A program made the position numbers and the translations under genes. Positions 30,269-39,788 of a stretch of 54,912 nucleotides of DNA are shown here, piece by piece (positions within the stretch are counted from its first letter, which is position 1; every line of letters starts with the position of its first letter). Origin of the DNA: an uncultured Thermotogae bacterium (GTDB lineage: Bacteria; Bipolaricaulota; Bipolaricaulia; M55B111); the NCBI GenBank assembly GCA_964614065.1, contig CAZTJJ010000006.1, forward strand, positions 1 through 54,912. Reading direction: 5' to 3'. The notes beneath the pieces are model-generated. The model was not told the DNA's origin and made no database searches. It was given only the letters and a program-made list of their open reading frames with translations.

Positions 30269-30820
30269 TTAATTAGTAATCGCCTCGTAGCCTGCCTTGA
30301 AAGCCCTCAGATTCTTCTCTACGACTTCCTCAGGTAGCTTCTTTGATAGGGCCTTTTTGACCTCAGCTTCAGCGACATCAAAATCAGTGCCTAATACTTT
30401 AATTAACCCCCCAAGTACGGGAATATTGGCATAACCGCTACCAGCCTCTTCTGCCAATCCAGAAGCGTCAAATACTAAGACAGTGCCATCGAATCCTGTC
30501 TCACTTACAATATCTTCAGCGCTCTTTTTAGTATTGACTAACAACACTCCGTCTTCACTAAGCCCTTCCGTAGGATTTGCCGCCGAAAGCAATGTTGGAT
30601 CCACCACTACCACAATCTCAGGCTCATAAACTCCCGAATGAACTTTAATCTTGTCACCTGACACTCGATTATAGGCTTTTATAGGTGCCCCACTGCGTTC
30701 CGGTCCGTATTCAGGAAAAGATTGGACAAATTTACCTTCCTGAAGATGAATGTCAGCAAGAAGTTGAGAAGCGGTCTTTGCTCCTTGACCACCTCTCCCG
30801 TGCCATCGAATCTCCTTCAT
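30269..30820 (-). CDS. porG: Pyruvate:ferredoxin oxidoreductase gamma subunit
   Basis: MKEIRWHGRGGQG is the canonical PorG N-terminus. RBS AAGGGGG precedes the ATG at 30820; the ORF track extends it to 30880. Confidence 0.85.
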   Translation of the reverse strand: MKEIRWHGRGGQGAKTASQLLADIHLQEGKFVQSFPEYGPERSGAPIKAYNRVSGDKIKVHSGVYEPEIVVVVDPTLLSAANPTEGLSEDGVLLVNTKKSAEDIVSETGFDGTVLVFDASGLAEEAGSGYANIPVLGGLIKVLGTDFDVAEAEVKKALSKKLPEEVVEKNLRAFKAGYEAITN

Positions 30821-31013
30821 AGGAACCCCCTTATTAACAAGGAAAATTAGTCTTTCGAAAACGTATTTTAACAAAGTCAAATCTAATGAATTTTACAATA
30901 TCAAGTGATTTTCTGCAATTTAGCACTTCAATCCAACTCCCATGGATACGACATTCCTACCTTAAAAAAAAGACAGGTGTCCTTATGAGAACCTACTTTA
31001 TTCCTTTTCGGAG

Positions 31014-32768
31014 ATGGGGACTGACACTATAATTCGAACTGCTATGTCCATCGGAATCTGTCTAGCGATTTCATTCATATTAACTATTTTGTTTGGCAAA
31101 CTAGCTAACTGGAAAAGATCCAATCAAAGCTGGCTCGGCTATTTTTTAATTATTGCTGTACCCCTGGCCCTCTGGTTTGTCCATGGATACACAATATTGC
31201 TTATTGGAATATCAACTAGCCTGCTACTCATCTCTGTATCAAAAAAACTAGGGCCGAATAGCAAGGTGAAGGAAGCTCTCGGTTTAGGGACTGCCTCAGT
31301 AATTGCATTCATGTTAGGCTTCCGTATTCAATTCATGCAACCCTCGTTTAGCGATCAATATCTCTATTTTACCTGGTTTAGCTTGCCAATAACTGTAGCC
31401 TGGCTCTATACCATATCCAAATCAGTACAGTTTATTCACTTCGAGCTCGGCCGAAGAAAATGGAAACTATTTGTGATAACCCTAATAATCGTCACAGCGT
31501 TTTTCATTACTCTCGTTAAGCTTCAGTACACTCAACAGCTACAATTCTCTTCTTATCTCGGCTACGGGTTCATCGGGGGGTTGCTGGCTATGTTATTCAT
31601 ATCACCATCCAAAAAGGTTCTATCGACGCTATCTCTTCAATTTGGATTTATACTTGCAAGCCTTGCTATCTCTGGAGTGGTAAAATCATTGACGGCTTTC
31701 GTATTGCTCGTACCGATAGCACCACTGATATTGCCAACCGCAACAAAATCACTGGCTTTCGCAAGGATCGCCACCACAGTTGCAGATAGTGACAGTCTAA
31801 TCGAGCATTTAGTTTCCAAGTACATAAGATCCCGATCTATCGGTATATTTCTAACGTACACCAGTTTAAGTTACCTGGGGTTAGTAATCGCCTGGTTCCT
31901 CTGGAATCCTGGCTTCCTTTCGTTTTCGGGTTTGCTCTCTAGTTTGGTCATACTTCCCGTGAACTTTATTCTCGGCAGCAGGATTGTGGCTTACTTTAAC
32001 AGTATGTCACCCTCACTATCCAACGGAGACCATCAGGTGAATATTCTAGGGACCGTTTTCGACCAGACAAACCTGGCACGGACAAGCCAAAGAATGGAAG
32101 CACTCACCAAAGAAGAGGGGACAAATTACGTGGCAACACCTGATGTGACAGCTGTAATCAAGGCAGAAAGTAATAACCTGCTCAGACAATCTTTTTTCAA
32201 AGCCGACATCGTCACCCCTGACGGTTTCGGCCTCGTGTGGGCCTCAAATTTACACGGACTGAACTTATCGGATAGAGTTGCAGGTATAGACTTACTGGAA
32301 AAGTTGTTTGGGTCAAGCAATGGGTTAACGGTTTTTTTACTTGGCTCGGCACCCGGAGTGGCGAAAGAAGCGGCGAAAAACATAGTCAAACGTTACCAGG
32401 GGGTAGACGTAGTGGGCACGCACCACGGCTACGATCCTATAAATGATCAAACAGTACTTGGCGAGATAAATAACCTTGAACCTGACCTACTATTGGTCGG
32501 TATGGGGGTCCCAAAACAGGAAAAATGGATAATGAATAACATCAAACACGTCCAAGCAAATGTAGTGATGGGTGTAGGAGGGAGTTTCGACGTGCTATCT
32601 GAAAACTTGCCTAGAGCCCCACAGGCTATACAAGACAATGGATTAGAGTGGTTGTACAGAATCTGGCTAGAGCCACGAAGATTATGGAAAGCACGATTGA
32701 TTCCCTACTTCATGCTTAGAGTTGTTGGAGAAAAGATAAAAGTTTTGTTACGCAACGAAATCCTCTAG
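31014..32768 (+). CDS. Fusion protein: N-terminal polytopic membrane domain (~330 aa, ~9-10 TM) + C-terminal WecB/TagA/CpsF-family glycosyltransferase
   Basis: The C-terminus (DIVTPDGFGLVWAS...LLGSAPGVA...GMGVPKQEKW...LEWLYRIWLEPRRLWKR) is canonical for TagA/WecG. The N-terminal half is highly hydrophobic. Confidence 0.8.
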   Translation: MGTDTIIRTAMSIGICLAISFILTILFGKLANWKRSNQSWLGYFLIIAVPLALWFVHGYTILLIGISTSLLLISVSKKLGPNSKVKEALGLGTASVIAFMLGFRIQFMQPSFSDQYLYFTWFSLPITVAWLYTISKSVQFIHFELGRRKWKLFVITLIIVTAFFITLVKLQYTQQLQFSSYLGYGFIGGLLAMLFISPSKKVLSTLSLQFGFILASLAISGVVKSLTAFVLLVPIAPLILPTATKSLAFARIATTVADSDSLIEHLVSKYIRSRSIGIFLTYTSLSYLGLVIAWFLWNPGFLSFSGLLSSLVILPVNFILGSRIVAYFNSMSPSLSNGDHQVNILGTVFDQTNLARTSQRMEALTKEEGTNYVATPDVTAVIKAESNNLLRQSFFKADIVTPDGFGLVWASNLHGLNLSDRVAGIDLLEKLFGSSNGLTVFLLGSAPGVAKEAAKNIVKRYQGVDVVGTHHGYDPINDQTVLGEINNLEPDLLLVGMGVPKQEKWIMNNIKHVQANVVMGVGGSFDVLSENLPRAPQAIQDNGLEWLYRIWLEPRRLWKARLIPYFMLRVVGEKIKVLLRNEIL

Positions 32769-34487
32769 ATTTAGCTGCACACTTCTCTCTCCATTCCAAA
32801 CGTTCTCTTCTAGTTTAAATATTGGATTAAGGGTGTTGGCAGATTGAATACGAGAAATGCTATCTCCCAAACCAAAACCAATACAGCTAAATGTCTCGTC
32901 GCGGCTGGCTAAGGTCAACTTTAGATGCTTTTGCGATTTTCCAACCTGTCTGACGTTAATCACGTCCAAATTTTTCATATAAAATCTTGGAGAATGATTG
33001 CCCTCACCAAATGGTTTTAACAATTCCAGCTCCCGAACCAAATTCATAGACGCTCGCTCAGGCCTTAACTCAGCTTCAAAGGAGTTTACTTTTTGTTCTC
33101 TGGCAAGGGGTTTCTCCAGTGACCACTTGTTCAGACAATCCCGTAGAGGATCGAGTTCCCTGGCATATGCGGTAAAACCACCAGCCATTGCATGACCGCC
33201 AAATTGGATCAAATGTTGGGAACATCTGTCGAAACCCTCGACCACCGATACACCCTCCACACTCCTCATAGACCCCCTACATCTCCCTCCCATTCTACTT
33301 ACGGTTACCGCGGGTAGATCGTACTCAGCACAAAGCTTCGACGAAACAAGCCCAATTATTCCGAGATTCCATTTCGACCCTACCACAAACACGACACCTC
33401 TGCTCCGCGGATCAAAACCCTCGAGTTCAAGTTGCTCCTTAGCCTGGCGAATAACCTTTTGCTGTACTCTTGACCTATCCCTATCGTAGTCGATAAGGGT
33501 CTTCACAAGATAATCAGCTCGAGGGGTGTCATTAGTGGCGAGCAACAGAAATCCTACCTTTGGATCCCCCACGCGATTTGCAGAATTCAGTTTCGGCGCC
33601 AATCGATAGCTTATATGTCTTGTCTCCACAGGTTTCTTCCACCAATCCCTGTCACCCAACTCATTGAACAGGGAAACTAACCCTGGGATGGGCTCTTTCT
33701 GTATCTCTTGTAATCCAAGTTTCACCAGCTGTCTATTTTCATCTACCCCGTTCGTCAGCAAGGGAACTAAATCGGCAATCGTCCCCAACGCAACCAACTG
33801 TAGCAAAGAACTACGAACCTGCTCCTTCGAGCCCAACCTTTCGTATAGACCGTCTATTAACTTATAAGCAACGCCGGCGCCAGCGAGGTAAGGATTAGGA
33901 TAGCAAGAAGATGGACGTTTTGGGTCCACAATCGCCAGAGCTGGCGGAAGAACTTCAGGCGGTTGATGATGATCAGTTACTATTACATCTACACCATAAT
34001 CCCGCAAATGAGAGATCTCTTCCCGATCCTTGACTCCGCAATCCGTCGTAATAAGCAAATCGAAATTATTTCTAATTAGCCTTGCGGAGAGTTCCTTATC
34101 CAACCCGTGACCTCTAATTCTGTCCCCGACCCCCACTTTTAGCTTTCCTGGATCAGGTAAGTCCCGAACCCCCTTCAATCCCCGATAAATTATTGCTGCA
34201 CTGCTCAATCCATCCACGTCAAAGTCACCCTGGATGAATATATCCTCTTCGCCTTGTAATGCTTTCTCAATCCTATCCAGAGCCTGGGGTAAATCGGGAA
34301 GATCTTTTGTGGGGTGGAGAGCCTCTTTTGGAGGTCGGCTTACGAGAGAATAGCAGGAACCATAACGATTTGTCACTACCCGGGCAAAGGCTCTCGAACA
34401 ATCCAACTCCTGCTGCGCTTCCGCAATTAAACTTTCAACTCCCTCAGTCTGTTCCCAAATTTGATCATCGTACAGGAGCGAGTTCAT
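32748..34487 (-). CDS. recJ: Single-stranded-DNA-specific exonuclease RecJ
   Basis: DHH motifs (DFDVDGLSS, VIVTDHHQP) and a DHHA1 domain; 579 aa. Confidence 0.9.
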   Translation of the reverse strand: MNSLLYDDQIWEQTEGVESLIAEAQQELDCSRAFARVVTNRYGSCYSLVSRPPKEALHPTKDLPDLPQALDRIEKALQGEEDIFIQGDFDVDGLSSAAIIYRGLKGVRDLPDPGKLKVGVGDRIRGHGLDKELSARLIRNNFDLLITTDCGVKDREEISHLRDYGVDVIVTDHHQPPEVLPPALAIVDPKRPSSCYPNPYLAGAGVAYKLIDGLYERLGSKEQVRSSLLQLVALGTIADLVPLLTNGVDENRQLVKLGLQEIQKEPIPGLVSLFNELGDRDWWKKPVETRHISYRLAPKLNSANRVGDPKVGFLLLATNDTPRADYLVKTLIDYDRDRSRVQQKVIRQAKEQLELEGFDPRSRGVVFVVGSKWNLGIIGLVSSKLCAEYDLPAVTVSRMGGRCRGSMRSVEGVSVVEGFDRCSQHLIQFGGHAMAGGFTAYARELDPLRDCLNKWSLEKPLAREQKVNSFEAELRPERASMNLVRELELLKPFGEGNHSPRFYMKNLDVINVRQVGKSQKHLKLTLASRDETFSCIGFGLGDSISRIQSANTLNPIFKLEENVWNGERSVQLNLEDFVA

Positions 34488-35389
34488 TCACGAGCCAAAT
34501 ATTTATCCCAGAGGTAAACTATAGGAGAAGCAACATAAATTGACGAGTAAGTACCCACAATAACGCCAATTAACAGGGCAAGAGAAAACGCCCTAAGCAC
34601 CGGTCCACCAAAGGCAACCAGAGCTATTACAGGGATGAAAGTGGTAGTTGAGGTGCTTATAGTTCTTGATAAAGATTGATTTATACTCTTGTTGATCAGT
34701 TGAAAAGTTGAACCCTCTCTAGCGATGCGCTTAGTTGAATTTTCCCTGATTCGGTCAAAATAGACTATCGTATCATTCAACGAATAACCGACAATTGTCA
34801 GAAAAGCACCTATTGTCGGAAGGTTAATTTCGACCCGAAAAATGGCAAACAAAGCCATGGCGATCACTACATCATGTACTACAGCAGCCACCGCACCTAC
34901 TGCATAACGCAACCTAAATCGCCAGCTAATGTAAATAAGGATAACCAATAAAGCCAGACCAATTGCCTGCCAACCCTTTGTCTGTAACTCTTGACTGATT
35001 TTCCCGCCCACCGATTTTCTGCTAATGCTTCCCTGAGAAACGTCGAATTTCTGGGTTAACTCCCGTTCCAGCTGGTCCAGTAAATCACTATCACCAGAAA
35101 CATCTAGCTTCGTCGCAATGGATATTTTGTTGCCACCTTGGCTACCTTGAATATTCTGAATTTTGCTTCCTGAAAGCGCAGAAAGTTGCTTAGAATTAGC
35201 GAGAAATGATCTGATTCCTGTAGTAGTTACGTCCTCATTAAAGAGGACCTCAAACTTGGTCCCACCTTTAAAGTCAATCCCTAAATTCATACCTAGAACG
35301 ACAATCAAAACCGCACCAACTATCACAGCTATTAGCGACCCAACTGAAAAATACTTTGCTTTGCCCAGTAGGTCAAAATCGTAACTCAT
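34484..35389 (-). CDS. secF: Protein translocase subunit SecF
   Basis: LGIDFKGGT SecF signature and 6 TM segments. RBS GGGAGG precedes the ATG at 35389; the ORF track extends it to 35401. No adjacent secD. Confidence 0.85.
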   Translation of the reverse strand: MSYDFDLLGKAKYFSVGSLIAVIVGAVLIVVLGMNLGIDFKGGTKFEVLFNEDVTTTGIRSFLANSKQLSALSGSKIQNIQGSQGGNKISIATKLDVSGDSDLLDQLERELTQKFDVSQGSISRKSVGGKISQELQTKGWQAIGLALLVILIYISWRFRLRYAVGAVAAVVHDVVIAMALFAIFRVEINLPTIGAFLTIVGYSLNDTIVYFDRIRENSTKRIAREGSTFQLINKSINQSLSRTISTSTTTFIPVIALVAFGGPVLRAFSLALLIGVIVGTYSSIYVASPIVYLWDKYLARE

Positions 35390-35420
35390 AACGCCTCCCA
35401 ATAAACTAGATTATCGTAAT

Positions 35421-35530
35421 CTACCAAAATTAGCCGAGAGTGCTGGGTCAATCTTTCGTTTTTCAAACCCGAGGTTATTTTTACCATTGTCTCTTTATAT
35501 GCCCCACCCGGTGGGCTGGGTTCTTGAACT
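35421..35530 (-). repeat. Intergenic modular element, copy C: hairpin module, ~48-nt variable region, ATTGACCCAGC, then CTCTCGGCTAATTTTGGTAG (read on minus strand)
   Basis: Lies between the rpsT stop (35536) and the secF start (35389). Shares both the hairpin+TTCTTGA(A)CT module and the CTCGGC-A-TTTTGGTA module with the other copies. Confidence 0.5.
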
Positions 35531-35535
35531 GTAAC

Positions 35536-35814
35536 TTAACTGCCGGATAAAGCTTTTACCCTTCTGGAATATTTGGATTTAATTCTGGCTGCTTTGTTTT
35601 TATGAAAAGGACCTTTGCTAGATGCTTTATCAGCAAGACTTATCAGATCAGGGAGCAGTTCTTCTGCTTCTTCTTTTTTCTCTTCTTCCAAAAGCCTATC
35701 CATCCGCTTGGTTACTTCCTTCAAATCCTTCTTACGCTCTCTATTAAGCTTTGCCCGTTTCTTATTTTGCCTCAACCTTTTCTTAGCAGATTCTATTATT
35801 GGAATGCTAATCAC
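35536..35814 (-). CDS. rpsT: 30S ribosomal protein S20
   Basis: PIIESAKKRLRQNKKRAKLNRERKK and a basic C-terminus. Start is ambiguous: the GTG abuts the RBS AAGAGGTGA, and an ATT start 5 nt further downstream is possible. Confidence 0.8.
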   Translation of the reverse strand: MISIPIIESAKKRLRQNKKRAKLNRERKKDLKEVTKRMDRLLEEEKKEEAEELLPDLISLADKASSKGPFHKNKAARIKSKYSRRVKALSGS

Positions 35815-35943
35815 CTCTTAGTCCACTGCGAACTAGATCGTTTGAGATGGTAATTTACAATTATCTCTAAATCAAGTGACTTCTAACTATACTCACTCGT
35901 AAAAAGGAACTATACACACATTAGAAAACCACTTTCATGCTAC

Positions 35944-37383
35944 TTAAAAAGATCCCAAAAATTCGAGCAAGAAGTTCCAGAAGTTCTCGACAGTCGCTAT
36001 TTTCACGCATTCATCAGGCGAATGCGGAGATTCAATAGTTGGCCCCATTGCAATCATGTCTAAGCCTTCGACCTTTTTTCCTATCACTCCAGTTTCCAAC
36101 CCGCCGTGGGTAGATTTTATCTCAGGTTCACGCCCATACACGCACTCAAACGCATCCTTCGCGTCAGCCAACAGGCGAGAACTGAAATCGGGACTCCACG
36201 CTGGATAAGGCTCATTTTTATCCACCCCAGCACGGTAACAACCCGCAATTATCTCAATTCTACCTCTAACGTCTTCTAATTGCGATTCCAAGCTACTTCT
36301 AGTACTTATAAGGAATTCCAGCGAATTACTGCTTTGTCGAATCGAAGCTAAATTTGTTGAAGTCTCCACTAATGAGGACAACTCCTGGTCGTAACGAATA
36401 ACGCCATTTGGCAATGATCTCAGCAAATCGATAACGTTGCAAGTCGTTCCCTCACTCATCACATTCCCTGAGTTACTGTGAATGGACTCCACAAGCGATA
36501 AATCTAGCTTTTTTTCAGAGTTGCGATACTCTTCCAGAAAAATCGACCTGTACTGTTCAACTATACCCTGATACCCCTCACGAGCCTCAGATGTAGAAAA
36601 AACAGCTGAAGCCTCCCGAGGGATAGCATTATGCTTACCTCCACCTTCGATCTCCACCAGGTTTAAGCCCGGACCTTCTTTCATCTTCTTGAGAACCCTA
36701 GCCAATAACTTCAACGCGTTGGCCCGACCCTCGTCGATATCCTCCCCGGAATGACCGCCGGTCAAACCAGCAACCGATAGCTCCAAGAGGTCACCCTCTT
36801 TTGCCTCACTCCCGCTGAAATCTAGCTGCAGGTTAATGGTTGTAGTTCCGCCACCCGCACAACCAACGGTGAATGTGCCAAACTCTTCACTGTCTAAATT
36901 TATTAACCGATCACTCCTCACTAAATCAGGATCCAACCCGCTAGCCCCCACCAGTCCTGTTTCCTCGTTCACCGTAAACAAAAAATCTAGAGGCCCAGAG
37001 TCGAACTCCCCCCCAGCCAGGGCTAATGCAATAGCCATACCAATCCCGTTATCAGCACCAAGCGTCGTTCCGTTTGCAGTAACCCACCCGTCATCCACGA
37101 CTAACTCTATGGAATCTTTACTGAAATCATGCTCTGCGGTTGAATCTTTCTCGCAGACCATATCCATATGCGACTGAAGGACAGCCAGGGGCTCGTCAGC
37201 ACCCCAACTCTCGACTTGGCTCAACAGAACATTCCCCACGCCGTCAACGCGGGAAGACAAATTATGACGATCCGCCACGCTCAATAAGTACTCTCTGATC
37301 TTCTCCTCATGGCCGGAACAGCGGGGAATAGCGCTAATTTCTTCAAAATAATTCCAGACCTCATTGGGCTTTAGATTTAACAT
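35944..37383 (-). CDS. pepD: Aminoacyl-histidine dipeptidase PepD (M20C family)
   Basis: N-terminal …VWNYFEEISAIPRCSGHEEKIREYL… and HMDMV metal-binding motif; 479 aa. Confidence 0.85.
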   Translation of the reverse strand: MLNLKPNEVWNYFEEISAIPRCSGHEEKIREYLLSVADRHNLSSRVDGVGNVLLSQVESWGADEPLAVLQSHMDMVCEKDSTAEHDFSKDSIELVVDDGWVTANGTTLGADNGIGMAIALALAGGEFDSGPLDFLFTVNEETGLVGASGLDPDLVRSDRLINLDSEEFGTFTVGCAGGGTTTINLQLDFSGSEAKEGDLLELSVAGLTGGHSGEDIDEGRANALKLLARVLKKMKEGPGLNLVEIEGGGKHNAIPREASAVFSTSEAREGYQGIVEQYRSIFLEEYRNSEKKLDLSLVESIHSNSGNVMSEGTTCNVIDLLRSLPNGVIRYDQELSSLVETSTNLASIRQSSNSLEFLISTRSSLESQLEDVRGRIEIIAGCYRAGVDKNEPYPAWSPDFSSRLLADAKDAFECVYGREPEIKSTHGGLETGVIGKKVEGLDMIAMGPTIESPHSPDECVKIATVENFWNFLLEFLGSF

Positions 37384-37561
37384 AATATCTAATAATAAGA
37401 AATTATTCGGGCGTTACAATTAAGCTTCAACTCTTCAATAAGTTAATCATTGCTCCCAAATACCATCCCAAGCCTGTCCCAAATCTATGGTTGAGTTAGT
37501 AAGGTTATAAGGTTATGCTAACAATTGGACCAAATTGAGCCATATCACAGGGAGGTAAAAA

Positions 37562-37918
37562 ATGGACCAATATCACGAACCAATAGAAGATCTAGAATCA
37601 ACCGACAGAGATTTTGTTAGAGCACTAATGAGCCTTAAAGAAGAGGTCGAGGCAGTTAACTGGTATCAACAAAGAGTATCCGCCAGTGACGACGATGAAC
37701 TAAGTGAGATCCTTGCCCACAATAGAGATGAGGAAATAGAGCACGCGTGCATGGCAATTGAATGGCTCCGTCGCAACATGCCTGGCTGGGATGAAGAGTT
37801 GTCTACTTATCTATTCTCAGAAGCTCCGATAACACAAGTTGAAGAGCTGGAAGAAGAGGAAAACGCAACAGATGAAGGGCAAGAATCTCCCGACCTTGGC
37901 ATAGGCGGGTTGAGCTAA
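37562..37918 (+). CDS. Encapsulated ferritin-like protein (EncFtn/Flp cargo) with a C-terminal encapsulin-targeting peptide
   Basis: Ferritin-like ExxH site (DEEIEHACMAIEWL) and C-terminal …SPDLGIGGLS matching the family-1 cargo-loading peptide consensus. Confidence 0.8.
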   Translation: MDQYHEPIEDLESTDRDFVRALMSLKEEVEAVNWYQQRVSASDDDELSEILAHNRDEEIEHACMAIEWLRRNMPGWDEELSTYLFSEAPITQVEELEEEENATDEGQESPDLGIGGLS

Positions 37919-37948
37919 TCATCCCAAATCATTAAAGAGGTGAAAAAA

Positions 37949-38740
37949 ATGGATTATTTAAAACGATCGTTGGCTCCAATAACTGACGCAGGTTGGGACG
38001 AAATAGACGACCAAGCAAGAGAAGTATTAATCAGTCAACTGACAGGAAGGAAATTTGTCGACGTGACAGACCCCCAAGGTTGGTATTTCTCCGCTGTTTC
38101 AGAGGGCAGATTAGACATCAAAGAAGACGATCCAGGAAAAGTAAGATACGGCACCAGGAAAACCTCGCCACTCGTAGAAACAAGAACTTCCTTCAATTTA
38201 AACATCTGGGAACTTGACAACCTAAGCCGAGGTGCAAAGGATTTGGATCTTTCACCTCTAGAGGCTGCAGCCGAGAAAGCGGCTCAATTCGAGGAAGACG
38301 TTATTTACAAAGGACTTAAAGACTCAGAGATAAAAGGCTTAACTCAAGTCTCCGAAACCTCTTTCGATATACCTGAAGGTCCAGAAGGTATCGTTGAGGC
38401 AATATCAAAAGGTGTAATGACTTTGCAGGATACCTCCATCGAAGGTCCCTATTCTATGGTGGCAAATCGAGACCTATGGCAGAAGATCGCCAAGTCCTCG
38501 AAAGGTTACCCACTGAAAAGACATTTAGAAGATCTAATCGATGGATCAATCATTTACAACCCACACCTTGACAACGCCTTACTGTTATCAACAAGAGGCG
38601 GGGATTACGAGTTAATTCTGGGGCAGGATTTCTCAATTGGCTACGAAAACCACGACAGTACAGAAGTCAAGTTATTCCTCACAGAAAGTTTCAGCTTTAG
38701 AATTTTAGAACCCGGGGCGGTTGTTACCTTGACTCAATAA
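37949..38740 (+). CDS. Family 1 encapsulin nanocompartment shell protein (HK97-fold)
   Basis: Clear full-length similarity to the Thermotoga maritima encapsulin (LKRS.AP.T...W.EID..ARE, GRKFVDV, …ELDNL.RG…, GGD..LILGQD.SIGYE). The ATG at 37949 has RBS AAAGAGGTGA; the ORF track extends it to 37940. Confidence 0.9.
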   Translation: MDYLKRSLAPITDAGWDEIDDQAREVLISQLTGRKFVDVTDPQGWYFSAVSEGRLDIKEDDPGKVRYGTRKTSPLVETRTSFNLNIWELDNLSRGAKDLDLSPLEAAAEKAAQFEEDVIYKGLKDSEIKGLTQVSETSFDIPEGPEGIVEAISKGVMTLQDTSIEGPYSMVANRDLWQKIAKSSKGYPLKRHLEDLIDGSIIYNPHLDNALLLSTRGGDYELILGQDFSIGYENHDSTEVKLFLTESFSFRILEPGAVVTLTQ

Positions 38741-38745
38741 TTCTC

Positions 38746-39486
38746 ATGAAAATCGCTAGATTTACCGTTCCTCCCAGTGATAAAGCACTGCAGGGGCGAG
38801 TTTTTGGTGAAGTTATCGAAACCGAGGCCGATTCGTTTCCACTATCGGAAGTAGATCTTTTACCTCCGGTAGAACCGACGAAGATAATCTGTGTTGGGTT
38901 AAACTACAGGAAACACATCGAGGAAACCGAATCGGAACCACCAGAGAGGCCATCATTATTTCTCAAACCCACATCGGCAATTATCGGAGATAACGACCCC
39001 ATTAGAATTACTTCAGAGGATAGATTTGATCCTGAGGGAGAAATCGCAGTAGTTATCGGAAAAAATTGTTACAAAATCCAACAAACTAACGCGGAAAATT
39101 ACATATGGGGTTACACCGGACTCAACGATGTCACAAATAGAAACGCACAATCCTGGGAGCAAAATTGGATACGCGCGAAAGGTTTCGACACTGCTGCTCC
39201 GATCGGTCCATACCTAGTTACACCCGAGGAATTAGACAAGCCAATTCAATTCCAATTAACTGTAAACGGAGAAGTACGCCAGTCTGCTGATACTTCTCAA
39301 CTAATTTTCAATGCTTCTCAACTAATTGAAGAAATAAGTTCTTTTATGACCTTAAATCGGGGAGACGTCATCTCGACAGGAACACCAGAAGGTATAGGTC
39401 CAATTCACAGTGGCGATGAAATCAAACTAGAAATCAAAGGTATAGGGACACTAACAAACCCAGTAGTGGGGATAAACGAGTACTAA
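38746..39486 (+). CDS. Fumarylacetoacetate hydrolase (FAH) family protein
   Basis: KIICVGLNYRKH, the metal-binding E..E..D pattern and a C-terminal …GIGTLTN… motif typical of HpcE/FAH; 246 aa. Confidence 0.85.
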   Translation: MKIARFTVPPSDKALQGRVFGEVIETEADSFPLSEVDLLPPVEPTKIICVGLNYRKHIEETESEPPERPSLFLKPTSAIIGDNDPIRITSEDRFDPEGEIAVVIGKNCYKIQQTNAENYIWGYTGLNDVTNRNAQSWEQNWIRAKGFDTAAPIGPYLVTPEELDKPIQFQLTVNGEVRQSADTSQLIFNASQLIEEISSFMTLNRGDVISTGTPEGIGPIHSGDEIKLEIKGIGTLTNPVVGINEY

Positions 39487-39499
39487 ACGGAGGAAAAGA

Positions 39500-39691
39500 G
39501 TGGCTTTACCACAAGTAGACAGAAAGCTTTGTATAGCATGTGGTCTGTGCTCACAAACTTGCCCAGAAATATTTAAGCTAAACAACGAGGCTGGATACGC
39601 TGAGGTCAAACAGGACGCGGAAAGTTGCGGAAAAGCAGGTTGTTGCACGGACGCAGCAAATCTATGTCCAGTTGATGCGATAGAGCTATAG
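39500..39691 (+). CDS. Small [Fe-S] ferredoxin
   Basis: CIACGLC..C…CP pattern; 63 aa; GTG start. Confidence 0.8.
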   Translation: MALPQVDRKLCIACGLCSQTCPEIFKLNNEAGYAEVKQDAESCGKAGCCTDAANLCPVDAIEL

Positions 39692-39788
39692 TTAAGAGTG
39701 TGAAATTTACGACGAGAGGAGCAATCATGCTTCTCTCGTTTATTTACTAAATACCAAAGTCTGAATATTACTGTCATAAAGTATCGAG

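Noticed and set aside
39430-39486. The FAH protein's C-terminal …KGIGTLTNPVVGINEY resembles an encapsulin cargo-targeting peptide (GSLGIGSL), which would make it a second cargo.
   Set aside because: GIGTL[RT]N is an intrinsic conserved motif of FAH/HpcE-family enzymes and is not at the extreme C-terminus in the manner of a targeting peptide.
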